From a virus (taxonomy: Duplodnaviria > Heunggongvirae > Uroviricota > Caudoviricetes), in the IMG/VR virus record IMGVR_UViG_3300012208_000002: DNA of 64,000 bases; one strand, 5' to 3'. A program made the position numbers and the translations under genes. Within the stretch, counting starts at the first letter, position 1. Each line of letters starts with the position of its first letter. The notes beneath the pieces were generated by a model that did no database searches, was not told where the DNA came from, and saw only the letters and a program-made list of their open reading frames with translations. Below, piece by piece: positions 38,949 through 47,455 of the stretch.

Positions 38949-39440
38949 TCAGAATTTTTCCGAGCACCACAGGCACAGGTCCGTGCCCTCGTATTCATGT
39001 ACGGAATCCCCACAAATAAAGCACCATGCGGTGGGCGGAGCAGGGGCTGCATACGTATGCACAAATTTTTCTGTACAGGGCTGGACTATGAAGCTAATGA
39101 ATCCGTCTTTCTCATACTGTCCGACTTTCGAACCTGCTTGTTCTTTCCGCGCAGCTACCCTTAGTTTCTCAAAGGTCTTCTTAAATTCCGCCTTCTTATC
39201 GAACTCTTCCTTTACGGATTTGTATTTCTGGAGGGCAACTTCGGTGATGACCAGCCCGGACTTCGGCGGGTTCTTTCTGAGACGTTCTAATGCTTTAACT
39301 CCCGGGGACGGAGCGTACCAGACCCAGGCGGGTGCTCCGAAGGTTCGGAAGCCTGCCGCCTTGACCGCGTCTAAATCGCTGGCAAAGTCAGTAAACTCTG
39401 CGGCGAAGACGCTCTCCGTGGTGTCCCAGATTATTCTCAT
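38949..39440 (-). CDS. hypothetical protein with C-terminal Cys cluster (163 aa)
   Basis: ORF. Confidence 0.45.
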   Translation of the reverse strand: MRIIWDTTESVFAAEFTDFASDLDAVKAAGFRTFGAPAWVWYAPSPGVKALERLRKNPPKSGLVITEVALQKYKSVKEEFDKKAEFKKTFEKLRVAARKEQAGSKVGQYEKDGFISFIVQPCTEKFVHTYAAPAPPTAWCFICGDSVHEYEGTDLCLWCSEKF

Positions 39441-39625
39441 TACTCGTCAATTAAAACTGTTATTCTGAATATTCCAGCCGCGACAGCAGATACAAGTAAA
39501 ACAGTTTTACTATCCGCGCCTAACCAGTACGCTACGATGCCTGCTATAACGGAAATGATAAGAAGGGCTTCTGTGTTCTTACTCATTATTTCTCCTAAAT
39601 TATTCTCAAAAGGACCCGAATTCAT
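39440..39625 (-). CDS. two-TM small membrane protein (holin-like candidate)
   Basis: 61 aa with two hydrophobic helices. Confidence 0.35.
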   Translation of the reverse strand: MNSGPFENNLGEIMSKNTEALLIISVIAGIVAYWLGADSKTVLLVSAVAAGIFRITVLIDE

Positions 39626-39941
39626 TCTCTGGCTTGTGAAACTCTCTTTGCGTTTCTATCAGCAATCCGTCTATCTGTTCCTTCTGTTGACTTAGCAGTC
39701 CTAAGTACGACGAAGAGAGGGCTGTAAGTTGATTGTATTTTTCCAGCACCTTCGAGTAATCTTCTTGAGCGTCGAGATACTTCTTACGATAGTACGTGAC
39801 GCCATCAATCAGAGTTTTCAGATTCTCTTTAACTGCGGCGGGTTCATTCTTTAGCCACTCTTCCAGGAATCCCTGTACGTGGCTGATGTCTAGTTCTTTT
39901 TCACTTAGCGGTTCCATGTTCTCTCCAGTACTCGTGCCCAC
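39606..39941 (-). CDS. hypothetical coiled-coil protein (111 aa)
   Basis: ORF. Confidence 0.4.
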   Translation of the reverse strand: MGTSTGENMEPLSEKELDISHVQGFLEEWLKNEPAAVKENLKTLIDGVTYYRKKYLDAQEDYSKVLEKYNQLTALSSSYLGLLSQQKEQIDGLLIETQREFHKPENEFGSF

Positions 39942-40252
39942 TGCCGTTGCGATAACTCTGCGGTTGTCGGCTTAGGCTCCAGGCATTCGTCGTGCTCTAT
40001 CTTGTCGTCAATCTTAATGTGTCTGGTCTTGAGAAATGCCATATCTTGCGTTGTCATTTTCAGGACACCGTAATCTTTAATGGGCAGCCCAAGGACTATA
40101 GCAGTGCTACGCGCTCCAGCCGCACGATCTTCCCTGTAATGCTGGTCGGTATGCATTTCACTCAAAGAACGCATCCCGCCTTCGGTGTAACAGGTAATGA
40201 AGTATTTACATCCTGGTCGCGGGCAGTGCCACTCATGGCTTCCTAGATTCAT
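39905..40252 (-). CDS. hypothetical Cys/His protein (115 aa)
   Basis: ORF. Confidence 0.4.
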   Translation of the reverse strand: MNLGSHEWHCPRPGCKYFITCYTEGGMRSLSEMHTDQHYREDRAAGARSTAIVLGLPIKDYGVLKMTTQDMAFLKTRHIKIDDKIEHDECLEPKPTTAELSQRQWARVLERTWNR

Positions 40253-40791
40253 CGGTATATCTCCGAAACTAATGGAGAAGGATAAGGAAAATGAGCGCGA
40301 TTAATCCAACCGTTCAAGAACTGTGCCTTATGCGGGTTAGCGTCAACGTCTCTGTGATAGAAATCTATCCAGGCTGCGCGGAACAAAGCAGCAGTAACAT
40401 CTGGGTCCTTCGAATTCAGTTCCGCCAGAGTCTTAGGGCCGATGCTTCCGTCTTCCAAAACTTCGAGAACACGCTGCAATGTTTTTATGGCGACCTTCGG
40501 GGTATCGTTGACTGCAAAACTCAGCAAGGGGGCAGCAACCGCATCCGCAATCGAGTCTCCGCTTATAAATCCCCAGTAACACTGCTTATATACAATCTTC
40601 GCAGCCGCAACAGCGTCCTTAAATGACATCGTGGAGAAGAAGTCCACAGGAACTTGCGTCTGATGCCAACGCTGAGTTATACCAAGACGAGTCAGTCCAG
40701 CGCTGTCTCCCAAGTTAACAATCTTTCCCGGGACCTTATGGTCGTCTTCTTGAAAAAGAAGCCACTGTACTATAGGTTCAAAATTTGCCAT
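40249..40791 (-). CDS. GH108-family lysozyme with PG_binding_3-like C-terminus (endolysin candidate)
   Basis: FQEDDHKVPGKIVNLGDSAGLTRLGIT resembles the GH108 E..GY.NDP.DPGG.T..GIT motif. The C-terminus FLNGWINRA is PG_binding_3-like. Confidence 0.65.
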   Translation of the reverse strand: MANFEPIVQWLLFQEDDHKVPGKIVNLGDSAGLTRLGITQRWHQTQVPVDFFSTMSFKDAVAAAKIVYKQCYWGFISGDSIADAVAAPLLSFAVNDTPKVAIKTLQRVLEVLEDGSIGPKTLAELNSKDPDVTAALFRAAWIDFYHRDVDANPHKAQFLNGWINRAHFPYPSPLVSEIYR

Positions 40792-41506
40792 CGGCTTGGT
40801 CCTCTTTTGTCAAATACTTTGCGGCGTCTTCTTTAGAAAATTCAAACATTGCGTACCCCTCTCCGGAAACCATCGGAGGGAACGGAACGAGTTTATCTTC
40901 ATTTCGCAGTCTAGCTTTCTTTTTCGTCTCTTCGTTAGGTCCGCGAGCCTGGTACCTGTCTGGCTTTGCTACGAAGCGGTCGAATTCCACGGGCATGTAA
41001 TTTGTGTACTCCACCGCAAACAGGCGGTGAAATGGTCGAAGCAGTCGCCCTGAGCGAGCCGCTATGACGAATTCGTCATGCTCCGCCTCTGGGTCATTCG
41101 GGTGAAAGCCGTCCCAGACATTATGCAGATGTCCGTGAACGTTGACGTGCGTGCCCTCTGGCAGTTCGCCCATCCAAGGCTTATGCGTCAGCCAGACACC
41201 ACGATAAACCATCGCATCGCACGCGAAGGAAAATCCGCGCTCCATGTACCACTGACAGCCCTTGCCGTCGTGGTTGCCACGTACAAGTACGTGCCGTATT
41301 CCGTAATCAGCCCACTTCTTGGCTGTCGCCATGTACAAATCAGAGTCACCTATTCCGAAGTCTCCCAGATTCAACAGAAGGTCGCCGGGCTTCAGCGTCT
41401 GCATCACGTTACGATCAAGCTTCTGCGTAAAGTCATCTGGGCGGTCACACCAGGTCTTTATCTTTTCGTGATTCAAGTGGCAATCCGCGAGTAAATACGT
41501 CTTCAT
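40778..41506 (-). CDS. calcineurin-like metallophosphoesterase
   Basis: The motifs DCHLNH, GDFGIGD and GNHD are all present. Confidence 0.7.
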   Translation of the reverse strand: MKTYLLADCHLNHEKIKTWCDRPDDFTQKLDRNVMQTLKPGDLLLNLGDFGIGDSDLYMATAKKWADYGIRHVLVRGNHDGKGCQWYMERGFSFACDAMVYRGVWLTHKPWMGELPEGTHVNVHGHLHNVWDGFHPNDPEAEHDEFVIAARSGRLLRPFHRLFAVEYTNYMPVEFDRFVAKPDRYQARGPNEETKKKARLRNEDKLVPFPPMVSGEGYAMFEFSKEDAAKYLTKEDQADGKF

Positions 41507-41507
41507 A

Positions 41508-41885
41508 TTATCCTTTCTTGTACGGAGAATATTTTTTGTACGCCTTCGAAAGATCAGGAAGTATCTTATCCAGAGTCCTTGCTACGCGCTCATGCGCCTC
41601 CGATAATTGATTATGGCTAGCCAAGAACATAAGATCGGAAGCCTCTTTCGAAAAAGACGGGTCTAGAGTATACCGAGTATTCAAATCGATCAAAGTTGCT
41701 TCGTATAGCTCGTGAAGCAGGACCGATAAAGTCGATGCCCAGGAACCAGATATTCCTATAATAACGTTGGTAGGTCCACCGTCAGTAGGAACTAATTTCA
41801 CCAAGCCGCACTCATTTTCTGTTTGTATAAACAGTCGAATGGGCCTGAGTCCGAGACTAATAGTTGCTACTAGATGTGTCTTCAT
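41508..41885 (-). CDS. hypothetical protein (125 aa)
   Basis: ORF. Confidence 0.4.
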   Translation of the reverse strand: MKTHLVATISLGLRPIRLFIQTENECGLVKLVPTDGGPTNVIIGISGSWASTLSVLLHELYEATLIDLNTRYTLDPSFSKEASDLMFLASHNQLSEAHERVARTLDKILPDLSKAYKKYSPYKKG

Positions 41886-41950
41886 TTCGTCTCCAGTACC
41901 CGTATAAGAGTACTATAGTTTGTTGGCGTAGTCCTATAAGGATACGCAAG

Positions 41951-42136
41951 CTACTCCCCTTTCTTAAAGGGAATTAGCTGTCCGTCGTAGGTGTAATTCA
42001 TATTCAGGGCTATAAGAATTAAATCCAACTCATGCCCGTCCGCTTGAAAGGTAATGACCTGTCCTTTTATCTCTGGCAGATGCTCATTGACATACCACGA
42101 CTTCCAACGTCCGGTGTCGTCCTTGATACCTAACAT
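41951..42136 (-). CDS. hypothetical protein (61 aa)
   Basis: ORF. Confidence 0.3.
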   Translation of the reverse strand: MLGIKDDTGRWKSWYVNEHLPEIKGQVITFQADGHELDLILIALNMNYTYDGQLIPFKKGE

Positions 42137-43083
42137 ATTGATTCCTTTGGTATCTCGCCATCTTTAACAAATGGCCCGAGTGCTATCCGATACCTCGGTT
42201 TCCTTCGACTGAGTATAGTATCCACTATTTCTCTGCCTTTGTCAAGAGAAACTTGGAACCCTGCCGCATGTTGATGACCGCCCCCACCGAATGCCTTGGC
42301 GACTTCCGAGACATCTACATCCCCCATGCTACGTGCCGAAAACTGAATCATGCCGTCTTCTCGTTCGAACCAACCTAACCCGATATCCACTGAATGCGCT
42401 AATGCAGCCCCCACTTCGCTCGTATTCAAGTACGGGACGTTGACTACAGCGACTGTATAGCTCTTGCCGTTCAGAGACAGCCTCCCGAACTGCGCCATCT
42501 TCACTGCTTCACGAACGTACTTTTCAATCTGTAGCAGGACGTATTTGCCAGCGCTAGCCGCCTCAAGGAATTCAAACTTTGTCATCTTACTCCATCCCTC
42601 AATCGTATAAGGGAAGGTCATGATGTAAGCGTTAACTTCCTTGGACACAGGCAATAAGAACTTCCACAGGTCGCGGTCCTCGACATAATCAACCCACCAG
42701 GGACGTGGTTGCGCTCCGTGTTCGTAATGCCACGGATGGGTGTTAATCAAAGGGTGATTTTTATCTTTCCCGAACAGGAAATCCCATGCAAGACCCGCTC
42801 CTGACCTAGTAACATCATAAATCACGTAGGGCTTGCCGATAATCTCGGTTTCTGACTTATGGTGGTCCAAGACTAGGTAACTTTTCGCTACCGACGCGAC
42901 TTCGTCATTCACGCCGCGAAGATTACAATCCACACAAAGCACGTCTTTGTCCCTGAATTGCTCGACATTGATAGGTACACCGTGATCGCGTGGCATCAAT
43001 TGTGCTTCGGGGTATCTCTGCTTTGCGATATAGGCTGCTGCGAAGCCGTCCGGACAATTATTGTGGTAAACTATCAGGTCCAT
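42130..43083 (-). CDS. DHH/DHHA1 phosphoesterase (NrnA/RecJ-like fold)
   Basis: VLDHH is the DHH motif and GGGGHQHAAGF is the DHHA1 motif. Confidence 0.7.
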   Translation of the reverse strand: MDLIVYHNNCPDGFAAAYIAKQRYPEAQLMPRDHGVPINVEQFRDKDVLCVDCNLRGVNDEVASVAKSYLVLDHHKSETEIIGKPYVIYDVTRSGAGLAWDFLFGKDKNHPLINTHPWHYEHGAQPRPWWVDYVEDRDLWKFLLPVSKEVNAYIMTFPYTIEGWSKMTKFEFLEAASAGKYVLLQIEKYVREAVKMAQFGRLSLNGKSYTVAVVNVPYLNTSEVGAALAHSVDIGLGWFEREDGMIQFSARSMGDVDVSEVAKAFGGGGHQHAAGFQVSLDKGREIVDTILSRRKPRYRIALGPFVKDGEIPKESIC

Positions 43084-43505
43084 TATCTCCTCACAGGATA
43101 TTCGGATGCTGTTGCGGTGTTTGTCGAGCTTTGCAACATTTTAATAGTCTCGGGGTCCTTCGGGTCGAACTGTTTTCCGCAGATCATGCACTTAACTTCT
43201 ACGTGCGCATCAGGGTGAGTGTGCCACATAATAGCGTAATCTTTGACTGGAAATCTGCGGGTTCCGTAAACTCTACTGACGCCTTTTATATGACTACAAC
43301 TCTCCTGACTCGGTCGGGACGTTAGCTGTTTGTAAAGTTCTGGCGTCATGCCGTCCCGGAATTTCTTTCTGGCAATCTCTGCCTTCTTGTACTCTAGAGC
43401 TTGGAGATATTCTCGCTCTAGATTCTTAACAGAGACTTCTAATACCGTCCAGTAAGGTTTCAGCTTGCGATAAATCCAGACATTAAATCTCGTGCTTAAC
43501 TTCAT
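43083..43505 (-). CDS. hypothetical protein (start probably at the internal Met; the listed ORF extends to 43589 across the upstream gene)
   Basis: The ORF has a C-terminal CMICGK cluster. The longest form overlaps the upstream gene. Confidence 0.4.
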   Translation of the reverse strand: MKLSTRFNVWIYRKLKPYWTVLEVSVKNLEREYLQALEYKKAEIARKKFRDGMTPELYKQLTSRPSQESCSHIKGVSRVYGTRRFPVKDYAIMWHTHPDAHVEVKCMICGKQFDPKDPETIKMLQSSTNTATASEYPVRR

Positions 43506-43905
43506 CTTTCTTCCTTTGCTTCGCTGCGAGCGCATTAGCCCGTGCTGGAGCCCATCTGTTACTGTGCGGATTGATTCGTTTCTTTGCAAAGCGCTGTGCC
43601 CCGATAACCTGTCTGGCAGTCAGTCCAGTTAATCCTTCAGGCGGAATAAGCTTCCCGTACTCTATTCCGTCTTCTGTTGCAAATTTCTGTTCGCAAGCAC
43701 CTTCACGAAAGTTCTGGTTCTCTCGGTGGCGTAAATTGCAGAACTGGCAGTTAATCATGCGTCCTAGTTCTGGATGACGACCAGAGAATGAGCGATTACG
43801 AATCTCGGCTAGAGCCTTCGCTGCTGCTTCCTGACCCGCTTCGGTAGGAATCGGAGCGGGTTCGGTTAGCTGTGCGTCAGAGAAATCGGCGTAATGTTCA
43901 TTCAT
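43483..43905 (-). CDS. hypothetical protein (140 aa)
   Basis: ORF. Confidence 0.4.
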   Translation of the reverse strand: MNEHYADFSDAQLTEPAPIPTEAGQEAAAKALAEIRNRSFSGRHPELGRMINCQFCNLRHRENQNFREGACEQKFATEDGIEYGKLIPPEGLTGLTARQVIGAQRFAKKRINPHSNRWAPARANALAAKQRKKDEVKHEI

Positions 43906-44210
43906 AGTTTAATCTCTGGTAGCTGTCCTAGCGATGCGGACAAATCCAAGTACTTCTGGAGTTTAATTTTCTTTGCATCGCGGGCGTCTGCGTATTCGTC
44001 AAAAGTCCATAATAGAATTTCACGTTCTTCCGTGAGCATGGATACTACAGCGTATAAATCTAAAATCTCGTTTCTCAAACGTACGGCATTTGTCTCTCTC
44101 TGATTTTTCTGTACCTCATTTCTACCGAACTGTATCTGCTTCGATGCTCTGTGGGCTATCTCAGCGCACTCTTCGATTAGTTTAAGCAGTAAGAATTGAT
44201 TCTTTTTCAT
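43902..44210 (-). CDS. hypothetical protein (102 aa)
   Basis: ORF. Confidence 0.4.
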   Translation of the reverse strand: MKKNQFLLLKLIEECAEIAHRASKQIQFGRNEVQKNQRETNAVRLRNEILDLYAVVSMLTEEREILLWTFDEYADARDAKKIKLQKYLDLSASLGQLPEIKL

Positions 44211-44379
44211 ATATTCCTAATTCGCCTAGCCGCGTTGAGCAGCGCATTACGAGCATCAACTGTATCTTTGCCCGGGAACAGTATCTTTATAGAAGATGCA
44301 GGCATTTCACTAGCAAATCGTTCCAGGAATTTTGCAGTCTTCTTCAACTGCCGTCTCGCTTTCCAGCGTGTTATGAAAT

Positions 44380-44964
44380 TCATATGCTCCTACCGTAGTC
44401 GTATGTCCGTCCCTGCCACTTCTTTGCGTCATCCTCTGGCTCAGGGTGTCCCTCGATTACAACTTCGAGAATCTTGCCTGTCAAAGTCTTACGTACAATC
44501 CCCGCGCCTAATTCGACCAGGGCCTCTCTATTCAATTCTTGGTACAGTTCAATACGCTTAATAGCGTCCTTGTCGCCCTTGACATAAGCGTACTCAACAT
44601 GCTCTTCTTCTATGGTTGCCGTCCTGGGTGTCTTCAGGAACGGGCGCATATAAATGTCTTCGCCGTATACAGCTTGAGAGAACTTCTTACTTGTCTCCCC
44701 CGTTTTATTACACTGCTTGCAAGACTTTTTATACAGGTCCAGTCCTGCGCAGACGGAACAGACTTCCGTGACATCGATTACGTTAAACGATGTGATGATG
44801 TTGTTAGCGTAGCCGTTATCTATTAACTCTGCCGCTTTTTCGAGGGTCACGAACTTGCGGCATCGGCACTTCTTTTGAATGTATCCTTCTATTTCTGAAT
44901 TGCACGTATGGACCCTAATCTTCTTTATCTCCATATCCCCTTTAGAATCAGTGAAATAACACAA
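44380..44964 (-). CDS. Cys-rich hypothetical protein (194 aa)
   Basis: ORF whose start is about 45 nt downstream of HE-tail motif copy 1. Confidence 0.45.
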   Translation of the reverse strand: MCYFTDSKGDMEIKKIRVHTCNSEIEGYIQKKCRCRKFVTLEKAAELIDNGYANNIITSFNVIDVTEVCSVCAGLDLYKKSCKQCNKTGETSKKFSQAVYGEDIYMRPFLKTPRTATIEEEHVEYAYVKGDKDAIKRIELYQELNREALVELGAGIVRKTLTGKILEVVIEGHPEPEDDAKKWQGRTYDYGRSI

Positions 44965-45003
44965 GCTTAAAGGGATGTATGGCTATCGTCGCCGCTGTTC
45001 CCA

Positions 45004-45624
45004 TTAGAGTCGTGTATCCCCACGGTATTTCTTCGGCCTATGCGGTGGTTTTAACGGTTCTCGCATAGCTTTATTTACACGATGAATAAGTGCTCGCACC
45101 GCTTTGGGGGTAGCTCCTACTTCAATAGCAACGTCTTCTAATACCATATCGAGCCTATAATAAAGATAAATTATTCGTGCCATTCTTCCCGCCAACTCTC
45201 GACAAGGCACGGGAAAGCGATTAGTAAGAAGCTTTCTTATTTCCGCATCATTAAATGCCCACAAAGGAAATTCTTTGTCCGGACCTTTTCTGCTAGTCGG
45301 AGTTGTGGTCACGTCTTCGTCATTTAATGAGCGACGTACTCCTTCTCCTCCTAATGTTGAATTGTATCCACTATTAAAACTATCATAGTAATTTATCCAA
45401 TGTCGCTCGTGCTCGTATGCTTCGTATTCGGATTCGCAGTAATCAATTTCCTCAACATCAAAGCTTCCAGAACCTAACCTAGAAATAGCCACATGAAACC
45501 TATCATTTAACTGATTACAATTTTCTTTGTGCTTTTCCCACCTAGAATATGCGCTACTTAAAGATGTTATTCCTATGTACGTTTTGTCATTTAAATAATT
45601 AGAAATTTTGTATACTATCCACAT
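45004..45624 (-). CDS. GIY-YIG homing endonuclease with C-terminal sigma-region-4-like HTH
   Basis: The N-terminus has VYKISN...KTYIGIT...RWEKHK, a GIY-YIG signature. The C-terminus has AGRMARIIYLYYR...KAVRALIHRVNKAM. Confidence 0.8.
   Translation of the reverse strand: MWIVYKISNYLNDKTYIGITSLSSAYSRWEKHKENCNQLNDRFHVAISRLGSGSFDVEEIDYCESEYEAYEHERHWINYYDSFNSGYNSTLGGEGVRRSLNDEDVTTTPTSRKGPDKEFPLWAFNDAEIRKLLTNRFPVPCRELAGRMARIIYLYYRLDMVLEDVAIEVGATPKAVRALIHRVNKAMREPLKPPHRPKKYRGDTRL
45013..45033 (-). repeat. HE-tail motif copy 1 (AAGAAATACCGTGGGGATACA on minus strand)
   Basis: Encodes the final KKYRGDTR of the GIY-YIG endonuclease. It is identical over 21 nt to copy 2. Confidence 0.7.
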
Positions 45625-45994
45625 TCTTTCTGGGCCTCCCTCTGGGCCTTGCAGGGCGACTTATAGTCTTATTAATCCTGCGTAATGATTCCTCCACCGC
45701 CCTTACAGACATCTTTAACTCTTCCGCCACTCCTGCCGCTGTCAACCCGGTTCTGTAATACAAGTAGATAATTCGTATCATGCGGCCTGCTTTCGTCCTC
45801 TGATTAGGGTTGGGAAAACAGCGCCGTATCAATTCCTTAATTTTCTCATCATCGAGCGCCCACACGGGCACCCTCTTCATTCTGGAAGCGTGACGGGTAG
45901 CGCCTGCGGTCTTCATAACACGGTGACCGCCCGTTACAAACCCATCGTTGCCATCCAGTTTAGTTCTTAACTCCGAATACGAGCTTCCACTCAA
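45599..45994 (-). CDS. free-standing HTH protein paralogous to the GIY-YIG endonuclease C-terminal domain
   Basis: It shares VPVWALDDEKIKELIRRCFPNPNQRTKAGRMIRIIYLYYR...RAVEESLRRINK with the neighbour's C-terminus. Confidence 0.55.
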   Translation of the reverse strand: MSGSSYSELRTKLDGNDGFVTGGHRVMKTAGATRHASRMKRVPVWALDDEKIKELIRRCFPNPNQRTKAGRMIRIIYLYYRTGLTAAGVAEELKMSVRAVEESLRRINKTISRPARPRGRPRKNVDSIQNF

Positions 45995-46259
45995 TTACTC
46001 TCCAAAAATTCCTTCTTTATCCTTTGCTGTTCTTCTGTTGAGAGCAGCGCCAGCGAGGATATAGTTAGCCGCCTATTCCCTAGAAAGACAAGGAATCGAG
46101 TAGCCAATAATTTCTCTGGAGATACATAATCTTCATCTATGCCTTGGATAAGTTCATCTTCTGTGTCGTAAACGCCGATTGCTCTATGCCCTCCAGCGTC
46201 TCGTAAACCGCATTCATTTACATCTTCTTTATCATTAACTACAAAAATATTCGTCTTCA
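45991..46259 (-). CDS. hypothetical protein (start probably at the internal Met; the listed ORF extends to 46377 over the upstream gene)
   Basis: ORF. Confidence 0.35.
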
Positions 46260-46264
46260 TGTCT

Positions 46265-47455
46265 TCACTGGTCATCCTCTTCAAATAGGTTGTCGAACGA
46301 CTGCTCGTCCGATTTAGTAAAATTCTGTTTCTTAAATGCTTCGTCTCCGTACACGAACGCACGAAAATAGCTGTCATTTCTGTCGTCGTGTGGATATCGA
46401 ATCCCGAACGTATTGCTCCATTGCTTGTTTTTCCAAGAATTGACGATACCTACTATCTGTCTGCCTGCGTTACGTCCTGCATCGTCTGCTGATTCCTGGC
46501 TTACGAACCCCGCGTTGAACTGCAAGCGCTGTTTAGTAATCTGGGTTAAACTGACTCGCGCTCCGTATTGTTCCATCCAGTTGATTGCTCGTTGTTTTGC
46601 TTCATTGGTTTGGTCTAGCTTATCGCCCTTCTTGCCTTGGGCTCTATCCATTTCATCGAGCATGAAGTCATTTCTTACTATCCATGCGTGGTCTTCTTCG
46701 ACTCTTGCAACGACGCCCTCATCGCCCGGTTTAAACGGTCCCACGGCATCAAGAAAGGTAACGGAGTATCCCTTTTTATACCCGAGCCCTTTCTTAACAA
46801 ACCAAACCAGTCCAACGTCCCTGATACCTGATAGCCAACTATATCTTCGTAACTGAGCATCATAAGCCGATATGCCCGGCTGCTCTGGAAAATCAATTGC
46901 TGATGTCTTAATGTCCACGATGAGCGGGCGATACACCCCATACTCTTGCTTCCAGTCAATCCTTGGAAGCATCGGGTGATTCGGGTCCGCGTAGCAGACA
47001 ATATCGAGCTTTCCTGCATCTTCAATTCCTCCGTAGTTCTCGTCTCCTGGGAATACTTCCTTCGCGTACTCACGCTGGAATACCGAGCGACCGCCCATCG
47101 GAATCGGCAGCTTCGGCTGCATTGCAACGTAAAGCCTAATCATGTCCGTGCCCATCTGATTCAGGGTCTGCCAGTTCTTCTCTACATCCGTATAGCTAAG
47201 ATTTCCGTCTTCCTTATGTACAGCCCAACGTTGGATGAAGTCTTCCTTCGCCCCTACTCCGTCGTGCTCGTGATGGTATTGAACCGCCTCTTCTAGCGCC
47301 TTCCCGAACATGAAGCGAGCCTTGTTATCGCGTTCCTTCCAACCTAACACCTTCTGGAGATAGTATTTGTAAGGACTCTGATCGAAAGTGTTGCCTGCGC
47401 TGTACGAGTGTTTTCTCCAAGGATTACCCTTGCTGTTGATGTATAAATATGCCAT
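46265..47455 (-). CDS. RecB-family PD-(D/E)xK nuclease (Cas4/exonuclease-like)
   Basis: GKLDIVCYAD and IVDIKTS give the D...D-x-K motifs. YDAQLRRY is the QxxxY motif. Confidence 0.6.
   Translation of the reverse strand: MAYLYINSKGNPWRKHSYSAGNTFDQSPYKYYLQKVLGWKERDNKARFMFGKALEEAVQYHHEHDGVGAKEDFIQRWAVHKEDGNLSYTDVEKNWQTLNQMGTDMIRLYVAMQPKLPIPMGGRSVFQREYAKEVFPGDENYGGIEDAGKLDIVCYADPNHPMLPRIDWKQEYGVYRPLIVDIKTSAIDFPEQPGISAYDAQLRRYSWLSGIRDVGLVWFVKKGLGYKKGYSVTFLDAVGPFKPGDEGVVARVEEDHAWIVRNDFMLDEMDRAQGKKGDKLDQTNEAKQRAINWMEQYGARVSLTQITKQRLQFNAGFVSQESADDAGRNAGRQIVGIVNSWKNKQWSNTFGIRYPHDDRNDSYFRAFVYGDEAFKKQNFTKSDEQSFDNLFEEDDQ

Noticed and set aside
43083-43589. Full-length 168-aa version of ORF 43083..43589 and the 128-aa version of 45991..46377
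   Set aside because: Both overlap the upstream gene by more than 100 nt. Internal Met codons placed just after the upstream stop give compact, operon-like spacing, so the shorter forms are preferred.
45001-45040. Resemblance of ATACACGACTCTAATGGGAA (minus strand, copy 1) to a T7-type single-subunit RNAP promoter (TAATACGACTCACTATAGGGAGA)
   Set aside because: The ACGACTC match is present in copy 1 only and is absent from copies 2 and 3. No phage RNAP gene is visible in the window, so it is likely coincidental.
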